A stretch of DNA of 61,516 bases from an uncultured Ruminococcus sp. (GTDB taxonomy: Bacteria; Bacillota; Clostridia; Oscillospirales; Acutalibacteraceae). The translations under genes and the position numbers were made by a program. Of this stretch, positions 27,826 through 37,418 are shown piece after piece (positions within the stretch are counted from its first letter, which is position 1; the number at the start of each line of letters is the position of its first letter). Location: assembly GCA_902767325.1 (NCBI GenBank), contig CACXGW010000118.1:1-61516 (forward strand), written 5' to 3'. Under the pieces are notes generated by a model that was given only the letters and a program-made list of their open reading frames with translations, searched no databases and was not told the DNA's origin.

Positions 27826-29601
27826 GTGGATTACAAAATTAAAGTCAAGAAACTGATGATAGACAGGGACATTATGACCCTTACGATCATGGGAACCATA
27901 ACCGATGATGTCATCAACTCAAAACTTGTTTCCAATCCGAAGCTTGTTTTGCATTTTGATAACGGTATAGAGGACAGACGTATTCCATTTGTTATTTCAA
28001 ATGTAATACATACCGACGGAAAATGTTATTTTTCGGGAAGGTATAAATATCGTCTTGACCTGCTGTTCTGGAAAACCCGCGCTGATTTTCTTCCGTTCGA
28101 TATGTATCTTAACTTCAGCTTTATCGATCACTACGAGGAAAAGATAGATGTCGATCTGACGCCTGAGGAATTCGTTTTTGAAAGCAAAAAGTTCTATGTT
28201 CAGCAGAAGGGGAACCATTATCATTTTATCCCCGATAAAAAAGTCATCAATTGTTCTCCGTTCAGGCGCTTTATCGTCAATTTCTTCTTTAAGCTTTTAA
28301 AGTTTCTGCAGTATATGATCGCTATCGGAATGCTCCCGATTTTCTTCTTTGACGCGATCCTTCATTTTACGGGAGTTTTGCGATTGCCCGCCAGGTTCAA
28401 TGACGAAAGCCAATCCAAGCGGTTCGTGGCTTATATGCTGTGGCGCTTTTCGCGGGTAGCAAGGTGCAGAGTGTCGCTTTGGACGTTCAAGCGCTGGATG
28501 TTCAAGAGAAGCTACGGCTTCTTTAAGATGTTCAAGATCAAAAAGAATAAAATCACTTTTATTTCTCTTAGAAGAAACGACATCTCGGGCAACTTTGCTT
28601 TTGTTTACGATAAAATCAAAGACGACAAAAACCTTGACATTCATTTCATTCTAAACGAGCACACGATCTCGTTTATGACGTTTAGTGAGATCTTCGACTT
28701 TACCAAGAGCTGCGCGACAAGTAAGATCATTGTCCTTGATGAGTTCACACCGATGATCCACTATATCCAGCTGCGCAAGGAAACAAAGCTCATTCAGCTG
28801 TGGCACGCGTGCGGCGCGTTTAAGACATTCGGCTTTACCCGCCTTTCGAAGCCGAAGGGCTCGCCCCAGACGACAAAGAACCACCGCAGCTACGATTATG
28901 TTACCGTAAGCTCCACTTACTGCAAGAAATGTCATTCCGAAGGCTTCGGTATAGCTACCAATAATATCGTCGCGACAGGTATCCCCAGAACCGACGTATT
29001 TTTCGACGAGGAATACAAGTTCAACGCGAGGATGAGATTCTTTGACGAGCATCCCGAATTCATCGGCAAGAGGATAATCCTTTTTGCTCCCACGTTCCGC
29101 GGAAACGTCAAGGAGACCGCGTTCTATCCGACCGAGATGTTCAATGTCGCAAAGGTGTGCGACAGCATTCCGGATGATTACGCGATCATAATTAAGCACC
29201 ATCCCTTCGTCAACGACGTCCAGCCGATCCCCGAGAAGTACGCTGACAGGGTAATAGATCTGTCCGAGGATACCGAGCTCAACGACCTGCTCTTTATCAC
29301 AGATGTTATTATTACCGACTACTCATCGCTTGTATTTGAAGCGTCGCTTCTGTATATCCCGATGATCTTCTATGCATTCGATCTGCAAAAGTATATCAAG
29401 CAGCGCGATTTCTACTTTGATTTTATAAAGTATGTTCCCGGAAAGATCGCGCATTCTCAGGAAGAGGTCATCAAGGCTATCAATAAAGAAGACTTCCGCA
29501 CGGAAAGGATCGGTCCTTTCGCGGATATGTTCTTCGACTATCGCGACGGCAAATCTACCGACCGCGTAGTCAGGCTGATTTACGATTGCCTTAACGGTTA
29601 A
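27826..29601 (+). CDS. CDP-glycerol/ribitol:polyol-phosphate transferase (TagB/TagF/TarL family) with N-terminal extension
   Basis: QLWHACGAFKTFG, TGIPRTD, FAPTFRG, HHP, ITDYSSL, DGKSTDRV; GTG start with GGGGTG RBS. Confidence 0.9.
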   Translation: MDYKIKVKKLMIDRDIMTLTIMGTITDDVINSKLVSNPKLVLHFDNGIEDRRIPFVISNVIHTDGKCYFSGRYKYRLDLLFWKTRADFLPFDMYLNFSFIDHYEEKIDVDLTPEEFVFESKKFYVQQKGNHYHFIPDKKVINCSPFRRFIVNFFFKLLKFLQYMIAIGMLPIFFFDAILHFTGVLRLPARFNDESQSKRFVAYMLWRFSRVARCRVSLWTFKRWMFKRSYGFFKMFKIKKNKITFISLRRNDISGNFAFVYDKIKDDKNLDIHFILNEHTISFMTFSEIFDFTKSCATSKIIVLDEFTPMIHYIQLRKETKLIQLWHACGAFKTFGFTRLSKPKGSPQTTKNHRSYDYVTVSSTYCKKCHSEGFGIATNNIVATGIPRTDVFFDEEYKFNARMRFFDEHPEFIGKRIILFAPTFRGNVKETAFYPTEMFNVAKVCDSIPDDYAIIIKHHPFVNDVQPIPEKYADRVIDLSEDTELNDLLFITDVIITDYSSLVFEASLLYIPMIFYAFDLQKYIKQRDFYFDFIKYVPGKIAHSQEEVIKAINKEDFRTERIGPFADMFFDYRDGKSTDRVVRLIYDCLNG

Positions 29602-29612
29602 GCAAATAATGC

Positions 29613-29641
29613 TTGACAACTGAATATTTTTGTATTATAAT
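29613..29641 (+). promoter_or_regulatory. Consensus sigma-A promoter of the infC operon
   Basis: TTGACA-N17-TATAAT. Confidence 0.85.
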
Positions 29642-29647
29642 GTTTGA

Positions 29648-29765
29648 GAAAAATAAAGCAAAGCAGAAATGCTTTCACCTGTGGGGTCTCGTCTGCACGG
29701 GTCAATACAACTCTTAATGTGTATTGGTGCGGACGGAAGTATTTCTGTCCGCATTTATTTATTAT
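29648..29765 (+). ncRNA. L20 leader (ribosomal protein attenuator)
   Basis: Position upstream of infC-rpmI-rplT; AAGCAGAAATGCTTTCACC start; terminator TGCGGACGGAA-gtat-TTCTGTCCGCA-TTTATTT; 29663-29674 can alternatively pair with 29737-29748 (antiterminator). Confidence 0.8.
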
Positions 29766-29789
29766 TTAATGCTTTGGAGGTGCTCGACC

Positions 29790-30314
29790 ATCGGCAAGAA
29801 AGAAAACAACACTCAAATCAATGAAGAAATTCGCGACAAAGAACTGAGGATTATCAGCTCGGACGGACAGCAGCTGGGTATTATGTCTGCTAAGGAAGCT
29901 TTGAATCTTGCAGAGGAGAAAAACCTTGATCTGGTTAAGATCGCTCCTCAGGCAAATCCGCCTGTGTGCAAGATCATGGACTACGGCAAATATCGCTTTG
30001 AACAGGCTAAGAGAGAAAAGGAAGCCAGAAAAAATCAGCATATCGTCGAAATCAAGGAAGTCAGACTCTCCCTTAATATCGACACGCACGATTTCAACAC
30101 AAAGCTCAACAACGCTCTCAAGTTTATAAAGCACGGCGACAAGGTCAAGGTATCCATCCGTTTCCGCGGACGTGAAATGGGTCATCCCGAAATCGGTCTC
30201 GATACCATGAAGCGTTTTGCCGAAGCCTGCGGAGACGCCGTGATCATTGAAAAACCCGCAAAGCTGGAAGGTCGCAATATGTTGATGTTTCTTGCGCCAA
30301 AGCCCAACAAGTAA
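29790..30314 (+). CDS. infC: Translation initiation factor IF-3 (ATC start)
   Basis: INEEIR, LDLVKIAPQANPPVCKIMDYGKY, KVKVSIRFRGRE; GGAGGTG RBS 7 nt before in-frame ATC. Confidence 0.95.
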   Translation: MGKKENNTQINEEIRDKELRIISSDGQQLGIMSAKEALNLAEEKNLDLVKIAPQANPPVCKIMDYGKYRFEQAKREKEARKNQHIVEIKEVRLSLNIDTHDFNTKLNNALKFIKHGDKVKVSIRFRGREMGHPEIGLDTMKRFAEACGDAVIIEKPAKLEGRNMLMFLAPKPNK

Positions 30315-30337
30315 TTCATTAAGGAGGATATATTATT

Positions 30338-30535
30338 ATGCCTAAAATCAAAACACATAGCGGTGCCAAAAAGCGTTTTAAGCTCACCAAGAACGGTAAA
30401 GTTATCCGCGCTCACGCTAACAAAAGCCACATTCTCAACAAAAAGAACAGAAAGCGTAAAAGAGGACTTCGTCAGACAGCTGTTGCTGACAAGACAAATA
30501 CTCCTCAGCTCAAGCGCCTGATTCCTTATAAATAA
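30338..30535 (+). CDS. rpmI: 50S ribosomal protein L35
   Basis: [24 protein letters not shown]. Confidence 0.97.
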   Translation: MPKIKTHSGAKKRFKLTKNGKVIRAHANKSHILNKKNRKRKRGLRQTAVADKTNTPQLKRLIPYK

Positions 30536-30580
30536 TCACAGCTTGAATCACTACATTTAAAATTTCGGAGGTAATATAGT

Positions 30581-30931
30581 ATGGCACGAGTAAAAGGCGC
30601 GATGATGACTCGCAAAAGAAGAAAAAAAGTATTAAAGCTTGCCAAGGGCTACTGGGGTGCGAAATCCAAGCACTTCAAAATGGCAAAACAGGCTGTAATG
30701 AAGTCCGGCAACTACGCATATGTCGGCCGTAAGCAGAGAAAGAGAGATTTCCGCCGTCTGTGGATCACCCGTATCTCCGCTGCCTGCAAGTCAAACGGCA
30801 CAAACTATTCCACATTTATGAACGGTCTCAAGAAGGCCGGCATCGTTCTCAACCGCAAAATGCTTTCCGAGATCGCGATTTCCGATCCCGCGGCGTTTAC
30901 TTCTCTGGTTGAGCAGGCAAAGAACGCATAA
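30581..30931 (+). CDS. rplT: 50S ribosomal protein L20
   Basis: [38 protein letters not shown]. Confidence 0.98.
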   Translation: MARVKGAMMTRKRRKKVLKLAKGYWGAKSKHFKMAKQAVMKSGNYAYVGRKQRKRDFRRLWITRISAACKSNGTNYSTFMNGLKKAGIVLNRKMLSEIAISDPAAFTSLVEQAKNA

Positions 30932-30949
30932 TATATTAATGAAAGCGTC

Positions 30950-30977
30950 AGCGTTTGGAAATTCCAAACGCTTTTGC
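30950..30977 (+). terminator. Terminator after rplT
   Basis: AGCGTTTGG-aaatt-CCAAACGCT-TTT. Confidence 0.7.
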
Positions 30978-30994
30978 TGTATTTGGAGAAAACT

Positions 30995-31777
30995 ATGATC
31001 ACGCTCACCAGCAAGGATAATCCGCAGATAAAAAACGCGGTAAAGCTTAAAAAAAGCGCGAAATTCAGAAAACAGTCGGGCTGTTTTATCGCCGAGGGGG
31101 TGCGCGTCTGCGTGGACGCTTATCTCAGCGGCGCGGTGATTGACGCGTTTTTTGTCACCGAAGCCGCAAAAAACAAAAATCCGGGAGAGTTTGAAAAGCT
31201 TGAGGGATACGCGCTGAATACATATATGATTTCTCCCGAGTTGTTCGCGCTTATAAGCGACACCCAAACGCCGCAGGGGTTTCTTTGTGTAATAAAAAGA
31301 CTTGACAAAAGCGAGGAGTTTGATACAATTAAGAATGGCGGAAAATTCCTTGCGCTTGAAAATATTCAGGATCCCAACAATCTCGGCACCATTTTAAGGA
31401 CTGCCGAGGCGTTCGGAGTTTCGGGCGTTATCCTAACTTCCGACTGCTGCGACGTTTACAATCCAAAGGTCGTAAGGGGCAGTATGGGAGCTGTTTTTCG
31501 CCTTCCGATGATCGAAACCGACAGCCTGCCGGAGTTTTTTGCCGATAATACAGGGCTTAAAACATATGCCGCGGTCGTTGACGGCTCAGCCGAAAAAGTG
31601 ACTGATGTTGTTTTTGAAGAACCCTGCGCGGTCGTTATCGGCAACGAGGGCAACGGTATCACGCAAATGACCGCGGATTCCTGCGGCAAAAAAATCACGA
31701 TCCCGATGAACGGCAAAGCCGAGTCGCTCAACGCTTCTGTGGCTGCCGCTGTACTCATTTGGGAAATGGTAAAGTAA
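30995..31777 (+). CDS. TrmH/SpoU-family RNA methyltransferase
   Basis: ITLTSKDNP, QDPNNLGTILRTA, VRGSMG, IGNEGNG, IPM..ESLNASVAA. Confidence 0.92.
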   Translation: MITLTSKDNPQIKNAVKLKKSAKFRKQSGCFIAEGVRVCVDAYLSGAVIDAFFVTEAAKNKNPGEFEKLEGYALNTYMISPELFALISDTQTPQGFLCVIKRLDKSEEFDTIKNGGKFLALENIQDPNNLGTILRTAEAFGVSGVILTSDCCDVYNPKVVRGSMGAVFRLPMIETDSLPEFFADNTGLKTYAAVVDGSAEKVTDVVFEEPCAVVIGNEGNGITQMTADSCGKKITIPMNGKAESLNASVAAAVLIWEMVK

Positions 31778-33004
31778 ATGATTTCTGAAAACGCCAAATT
31801 CTGGATAATGCTGACGCTTGCTTTAGGCTATAACACGCCCAAGGCTAAAAAACTTTGTCAGCTTTATCCCGATATTTCCTTTTTCTTTGAAAAACTGCAA
31901 AGTGAAGGAAGGCTTTGCGGAATACTTAACCGCTCTGATTTGGAAAAGCTCGCTGCTGTCAGCGAGGCCGACGCTATTGCTGTATTGGACCGCTGTTCAT
32001 ATCTCGGATATTCCGTTCTTTCCATCGACGACGAGGCGTATCCAAGCTGTCTTTTCAACATTTATTCACCGCCGGCTGTTCTGTATATCAACGGAGTTTT
32101 GCCTGATTTGGAAGAGTGTTTCTCGATCGGCATAGTCGGAACGCGCCGCGCGTCGCATTACGGTATTGAAAATTCCTATAAGTTCGGGTATTCGCTCGCA
32201 AAATGCGGCGTTGTCGTGATAAGCGGCGGAGCTCTCGGCGTTGACTGCGCTTCGCATACCGGCGCGCTTGCCGCAAACGGTATTACGGTTTGTGTATTGG
32301 GCTGCGGCATCAATTACCGCTATCTTTCGGAAAATGCCGAAATGCGCCGTGCCATCACCGCGAACGGTGCAGTTGTTTCCGAGTATCCTCCCGACGAGGA
32401 GCCGAAAAACTTTTATTTTCCCGCGAGGAACCGCATCATCGCCGCACTGTCTGACGGTGTGCTGATGATCGAGGCGGGGAAGAAAAGCGGCGCGCTGATA
32501 ACCGCCGACCTCGCTTTGGAAATGGGCAGGGACGTGTTTGCGCTTTTGGGGAACAACAACCCGCAAAACGCCGGCTCAAACGGAAGGATTAAGGAAGGCA
32601 CCGCCATTCCGGTGACGGATTATACTGATATTTTGGCAAACTACGGCAATTTGGCAATTGATATAATTGAAGCCGATCCGGATGTTCCAACGGATGTCAA
32701 TTTCCAATCCATTCCCGTAAAAGGAAACAATTTGGTTCCGCAGCACAGTCAGGAGACCTCAACGGTCAATAAGAAACCGCCGGTTCCTGATACCCCGCAA
32801 ACAGCGCCTGATAAAAAGCCCGAAATATCATTGACAGGCGACGCAAAAAAGGTATATGACGTATTAGGTTATGAGCCTGTTCATATCGATACTATCGCCG
32901 AGAAGCTTGATATGTCCGTATCAAGGGTTCTCAGCAATTTGACTCTGCTTGAGATACGCGGCATCGTCCGTGCTCTTCAGGGCAGAAACTTTGTTTTAAA
33001 ATAG
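31778..33004 (+). CDS. dprA: DNA-processing protein DprA (Smf)
   Basis: YPSCL..PPAVLY, IVGTR, SGGALGVD, FPARNRIIAALS, SGALITA, C-terminal winged helix. Confidence 0.95.
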   Translation: MISENAKFWIMLTLALGYNTPKAKKLCQLYPDISFFFEKLQSEGRLCGILNRSDLEKLAAVSEADAIAVLDRCSYLGYSVLSIDDEAYPSCLFNIYSPPAVLYINGVLPDLEECFSIGIVGTRRASHYGIENSYKFGYSLAKCGVVVISGGALGVDCASHTGALAANGITVCVLGCGINYRYLSENAEMRRAITANGAVVSEYPPDEEPKNFYFPARNRIIAALSDGVLMIEAGKKSGALITADLALEMGRDVFALLGNNNPQNAGSNGRIKEGTAIPVTDYTDILANYGNLAIDIIEADPDVPTDVNFQSIPVKGNNLVPQHSQETSTVNKKPPVPDTPQTAPDKKPEISLTGDAKKVYDVLGYEPVHIDTIAEKLDMSVSRVLSNLTLLEIRGIVRALQGRNFVLK

Positions 33005-33014
33005 GAGGAAATCA

Positions 33015-35105
33015 ATGTCAGATTTGGTAATCGTGGAGTCACCCGCCAAAGCAAAGACCATTAAAAAATATTTGGGTTCCAAGTACGAGGTCGTCGCGTC
33101 TATGGGACACGTGCGTGATCTGCCCAAGGCGAGGTTGAGCGTAGACATAAAAAATGACTTTGCCCCTAAGTATGACATCATAAAAGGAAAAGAAAAGCTC
33201 GTAAAAGAGCTCAAAAGCATGGCTGACAAAAGCGACAGCGTCTATCTCGCGACCGACCCGGATCGTGAGGGAGAGGCTATTTCGTGGCATCTGGCATATA
33301 TTCTTGATTTGCCCGAGGATTATTGTCAGCGCGTTGAGTTCAACGAGATCACAAAAACCGGCGTTCAGAACGGTATGGCTCATCCCAGAGCCATCAACGA
33401 GGATCTTGTAAACGCCCAGCAGGCAAGACGCGTGCTCGACCGTCTGGTCGGCTATAAGCTCAGTCCGTTTATTTCGCAGAAGATACGCCGCGGACTTTCC
33501 GCCGGCAGAGTGCAGTCCGTAGCGCTGCGCATCATCGTCGACCGCGAAAACGAGATCAGAGCGTTCAAGCCCGAGGAGTACTGGAGCATTGACGCGAAGT
33601 TTATCCCCAAAGGCAGCAGAAAGTCCTTTTCCGCGAGCCTTTACGGTGATAAAAACGGAAAGCTCAAAATCACGAATCAGGAACAGGCAGATAAAATCGA
33701 AGCCGATTTGCAGGACGCCGAATATATCGTTACAAAGGTCAAAAAAGGCACCCGCAAAAAATCTCCCGCTCCGCCGTTCATCACGTCGACCCTGCAGCAG
33801 GAGGCTTCACGGAAGCTCGGATTCCAGTCACGCCGCACAATGCGTGTTGCCCAGGAGCTTTATGAAGGCGTTGACGTCCAGGGTATGGGCGCAACCGGTT
33901 TGATCACATATATGCGTACCGACTCTCTGCGTATTTCAAACTATGCTATCGATGAGGTCACGAAGTATATCAAAGAAGAATACGGCGATAAGTACCTTCC
34001 TTCAAAGCCCCGATTCTTCAAATCGCGCAGCAATGCCCAGGACGGTCACGAAGCTATCCGTCCTTCTATGCCGTCGCTTACTCCCGACAGCATCAAGAGC
34101 AGCCTTTCTTCCGACCAATACAAGCTTTATAAGCTTATCTGGAGCCGCTTTACCGCTTCCCAGATGGCTGACTGTGTTCAAAAGACGACTCAGGCGGACA
34201 TCGAAGCCAACGGCTATATCTTCAAAGCGTCGGGCTATATCGTTGATTTCCCGGGCTTTACCGCGCTTTATGTCGAAGGAAAGGACGAGGCAGAGGAAAA
34301 ATCCTCTCAGCTTCCCGACCTTGAAAACAATATGCCCGTAAAGTGCAAAGAGCTCAAAAAGAATCAGCACTTTACTCAGCCTCCGGCGCGTTATACAGAG
34401 GCTTCTCTTATCAAAACTCTTGAGGAATACGGCATAGGAAGACCTTCAACATATGCCGCTACGATCACAACTCTCACGGGGCGCGAATATGTCAAGCGTG
34501 AGGCTAAAAGCCTTGTTCCCACAGAGCTCGGCGAGGTCATCACAAGTCTGATGAAGGAGCGTTTCCCGGACATCGTCAATGTAAAATTCACCGCTCAGAT
34601 GGAAGATGATCTCGATAAGGTTGAAAACGGCGACGTTGAGTGGGTTGAGCTTCTCAGGGAGTTCTATGACGGTTTTGAGGAGACCCTTAAAAACGCCAAG
34701 TCCGAGATGGACGGCGTCAAGCTCCAGCTCAAGGAAGATGAAACCGACATCATCTGCGACAAATGCGGCAGAAAAATGGTCGTTAAAATGGGCAGATACG
34801 GAAAGTTTATCGCTTGTCCCGGCTATCCCGAATGTAAGAATATCCTCAAATATGTAGAAAAAACAGGCGTTCAATGCCCGAAATGCGGCGGCGACGTTAT
34901 CGTCAAGCATACAAAATCAAAAAGAGTTTTCTACGGCTGCTCAAATTATCCCAAATGCGATTTTGTCAGCTGGAACGAGCCGACAAACGAAAAATGTCCG
35001 CAGTGCGGTCAGATACTCTTTAAGAAAAAGGGCAAAAAGCCTTCTCTGTATTGCGCCGACACCGACTGCGGCTATACCCAACCGATAAAAGCGGAAGAAA
35101 AGTGA
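33015..35105 (+). CDS. topA: DNA topoisomerase I
   Basis: LVIVESPAKAKTI, ATDPDREGEAI, SAGRVQS, LITYMRTDS, GIGRPSTY, C-terminal Zn ribbons. Confidence 0.98.
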   Translation: MSDLVIVESPAKAKTIKKYLGSKYEVVASMGHVRDLPKARLSVDIKNDFAPKYDIIKGKEKLVKELKSMADKSDSVYLATDPDREGEAISWHLAYILDLPEDYCQRVEFNEITKTGVQNGMAHPRAINEDLVNAQQARRVLDRLVGYKLSPFISQKIRRGLSAGRVQSVALRIIVDRENEIRAFKPEEYWSIDAKFIPKGSRKSFSASLYGDKNGKLKITNQEQADKIEADLQDAEYIVTKVKKGTRKKSPAPPFITSTLQQEASRKLGFQSRRTMRVAQELYEGVDVQGMGATGLITYMRTDSLRISNYAIDEVTKYIKEEYGDKYLPSKPRFFKSRSNAQDGHEAIRPSMPSLTPDSIKSSLSSDQYKLYKLIWSRFTASQMADCVQKTTQADIEANGYIFKASGYIVDFPGFTALYVEGKDEAEEKSSQLPDLENNMPVKCKELKKNQHFTQPPARYTEASLIKTLEEYGIGRPSTYAATITTLTGREYVKREAKSLVPTELGEVITSLMKERFPDIVNVKFTAQMEDDLDKVENGDVEWVELLREFYDGFEETLKNAKSEMDGVKLQLKEDETDIICDKCGRKMVVKMGRYGKFIACPGYPECKNILKYVEKTGVQCPKCGGDVIVKHTKSKRVFYGCSNYPKCDFVSWNEPTNEKCPQCGQILFKKKGKKPSLYCADTDCGYTQPIKAEEK

Positions 35106-36421
35106 TGGCTGTAAAAGTAATAGGCGCGGGTCTTGCGGGCTGCGAAGCGGCAATGCAGATAGCCGAACGCGGCTATAAAGTCGATCTTTATGAGATGAAG
35201 CCCAAAAAGCGCACGCCGGCTCATAAGTCCGATTTGTTCGGCGAGCTTGTTTGCTCCAACTCGCTTAAAGCTATGCGCGTTGAAAGCGCCGCGGGACTAT
35301 TAAAGGAAGAGATGCGCCGACTCGGTTCGTTTTTGATGAAGTGCGCCGACAAATGTCAGGTACCGGCAGGAGGCGCTTTGGCGGTCGACAGGGAGCTCTT
35401 TGCAGGGTTGGTCACGGATGGGATAAAAAACCATCCCAACATTAACGTTATCAACGAGGAAGTGACCCGGATCCCCGATGACGGAGTGACCGTTATAGCC
35501 ACGGGACCGCTGACTTCCGACGCGCTCGCTAAGGATATCGAGGAGCGGTTCGGTGATTCGCTGTCTTTCTTTGACGCGGCGGCGCCGATCGTTACCGCCG
35601 AAAGCATCGATATGGAATTTGCCTTTACTGCGTCTCGCTACGACCGCGGAGGCGATGACGATTATATCAACTGTCCGCTCAACAAAGAGGAGTATGAAAC
35701 GTTTTATAACGCGCTTGTTAACGCCGAGCGCGCTCCGCTTCACGACTTTGACGTCAATAACCCAAAGGTGTACGAAGGCTGTATGCCGGTTGAGGTGCTG
35801 GCTCAGCGCGGAGAGGGGACGCTGCGTTTCGGTCCGATGAAGCCTGTCGGACTGATTGATCCCAAGACAGGTCACAGGGCGTGGGCTTTGCTGCAGCTCC
35901 GAAAAGAGAACGCGTCAGGCACGATGTATAACCTCGTAGGCTTTCAGACAAATCTGAAATTCCCCGAGCAAAAGCGAGTGTTTTCGCTGATCCCTGCTCT
36001 TCATCGCGCGGAGTTCGTGCGCTTTGGCGTTATGCACCGCAACACTTTCCTTTGTTCTCCAAAGGTTCTGGATTCTGACTTTTCTGTAAAAGAAAATAAA
36101 AGCCTTTTCTTCGCGGGACAGATGACAGGCGTCGAGGGATATATGGAAAGCGCGGCTTCCGGCATTATGGCGGGAATAAACGCTGTAAGGCTCATTGAGG
36201 ACAAGCCGTCGCTGACCCTTCCGGAGGACACTATGATCGGAGCGCTCTCACGTTATATCGCCGACCCGACGGTGAAGAAATTCCAGCCGATGGGCGCGAA
36301 TTTCGGCGTCCTTCCGGAGCTTGAAAACCGACCTAAGGATAAACGCGAACGCGCGGCGGCTTATGCCAAGCGTGCGCTTGATTCAATAGATAAATTTTTG
36401 ATAGAAAATTTTGGTGATTGA
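35105..36421 (+). CDS. trmFO: Methylenetetrahydrofolate--tRNA-(uracil-54)-methyltransferase
   Basis: GAGLAGCEAA, ELVCSNS, FFDAAAPI, FGPMKPVGL, VGFQTNL, GVMHRNTF, AGQMTGVEGY; TGATG coupling with topA. Confidence 0.96.
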   Translation: MAVKVIGAGLAGCEAAMQIAERGYKVDLYEMKPKKRTPAHKSDLFGELVCSNSLKAMRVESAAGLLKEEMRRLGSFLMKCADKCQVPAGGALAVDRELFAGLVTDGIKNHPNINVINEEVTRIPDDGVTVIATGPLTSDALAKDIEERFGDSLSFFDAAAPIVTAESIDMEFAFTASRYDRGGDDDYINCPLNKEEYETFYNALVNAERAPLHDFDVNNPKVYEGCMPVEVLAQRGEGTLRFGPMKPVGLIDPKTGHRAWALLQLRKENASGTMYNLVGFQTNLKFPEQKRVFSLIPALHRAEFVRFGVMHRNTFLCSPKVLDSDFSVKENKSLFFAGQMTGVEGYMESAASGIMAGINAVRLIEDKPSLTLPEDTMIGALSRYIADPTVKKFQPMGANFGVLPELENRPKDKRERAAAYAKRALDSIDKFLIENFGD

Positions 36422-36422
36422 T

Positions 36423-37406
36423 ATGAAAATTATTGTAGACGCATTCGGCGGAGATAACGCGCCGTTGGAAATCATTAAGGGCTGTGCCGAGGCTGTTGCC
36501 GAGCACGGTGTGGAGATCATCCTCACCGGCAAGGAAAGCGTTATCCGCAAAACTGCCGAGGAGAATAGTATCTCTCTTGATAAAATGGAGATCGAAGACT
36601 GCGACGAAGTCGTTACGATGCACGACTCCGCGGAAAGCGTTGTCAAAACAAAGAAAGACAGCTCCATGGGAGTCGGCTTCCGTCTGCTCAACGAGGGCAG
36701 GGGAGACGCCTTTATCAGCGCGGGCAACAGCGGCGCGCTGTGCGTGGGAGCGACCCTGGCGGTAAAGCGTATCAAGGGTATCAAACGTCCCGCGTTCGCG
36801 CCTGTCATTCCGTCTGCTACGGGCTGCCTTATGCTTATCGATGGCGGCGCAAACGTCGATTGCCGTCCCGAAATGCTACGCCAGTTTGCGTTGATGGCGT
36901 CGATCTATATGCAGAAAGTTATGAAGGTGGACAACCCTAAGGTCGGTCTTGCCAATGTCGGCACCGAGGATCACAAGGGCACCGAGCTGTATCGCGAAAC
37001 ATATGCTATCCTAAAAGAAAGCGGTCTCAACTTTATCGGAAACGTCGAGGGCAGAGATATTCCCAAGGGCGTTTGCGACGTTGTCGTCTGCGACGGCTTT
37101 ACCGGAAATATGATTCTTAAAACATATGAAGGCGTTGCCTCTGTTCTGATGAACGAAATCAAAACAATGTTCACAAGCGGCGTCAAGGGCAAAATGGCTG
37201 CGGCTCTGCTTTTGAAAAACCTGAAGGATATGAAAGCCCGCTTTGATTACAACACCTACGGCGGTGCGCCTATCCTCGGTTCATCCAAGCCTGTTTTCAA
37301 GGCGCACGGCGACTCAAAGGCGAGAACCATCAAAAACGCCATCGGCTTGTGCAAGGATTATGTTGAGGCAAAGGCGATCGAGGAAATCTCTTCATCGCTG
37401 AAATAA
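36423..37406 (+). CDS. plsX: Phosphate acyltransferase
   Basis: VDAFGGDNAP, SAGNSGA, RPA, DGGANVD, GNVEGRD, VCDGFTGN, KAHG. Confidence 0.96.
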   Translation: MKIIVDAFGGDNAPLEIIKGCAEAVAEHGVEIILTGKESVIRKTAEENSISLDKMEIEDCDEVVTMHDSAESVVKTKKDSSMGVGFRLLNEGRGDAFISAGNSGALCVGATLAVKRIKGIKRPAFAPVIPSATGCLMLIDGGANVDCRPEMLRQFALMASIYMQKVMKVDNPKVGLANVGTEDHKGTELYRETYAILKESGLNFIGNVEGRDIPKGVCDVVVCDGFTGNMILKTYEGVASVLMNEIKTMFTSGVKGKMAAALLLKNLKDMKARFDYNTYGGAPILGSSKPVFKAHGDSKARTIKNAIGLCKDYVEAKAIEEISSSLK

Positions 37407-37418
37407 CGGAGAAGCAAT

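Noticed and set aside
29724-29789. ORF-track N-terminal extension of infC
   Set aside because: Lies within the L20 leader terminator; the RBS points to ATC 29790
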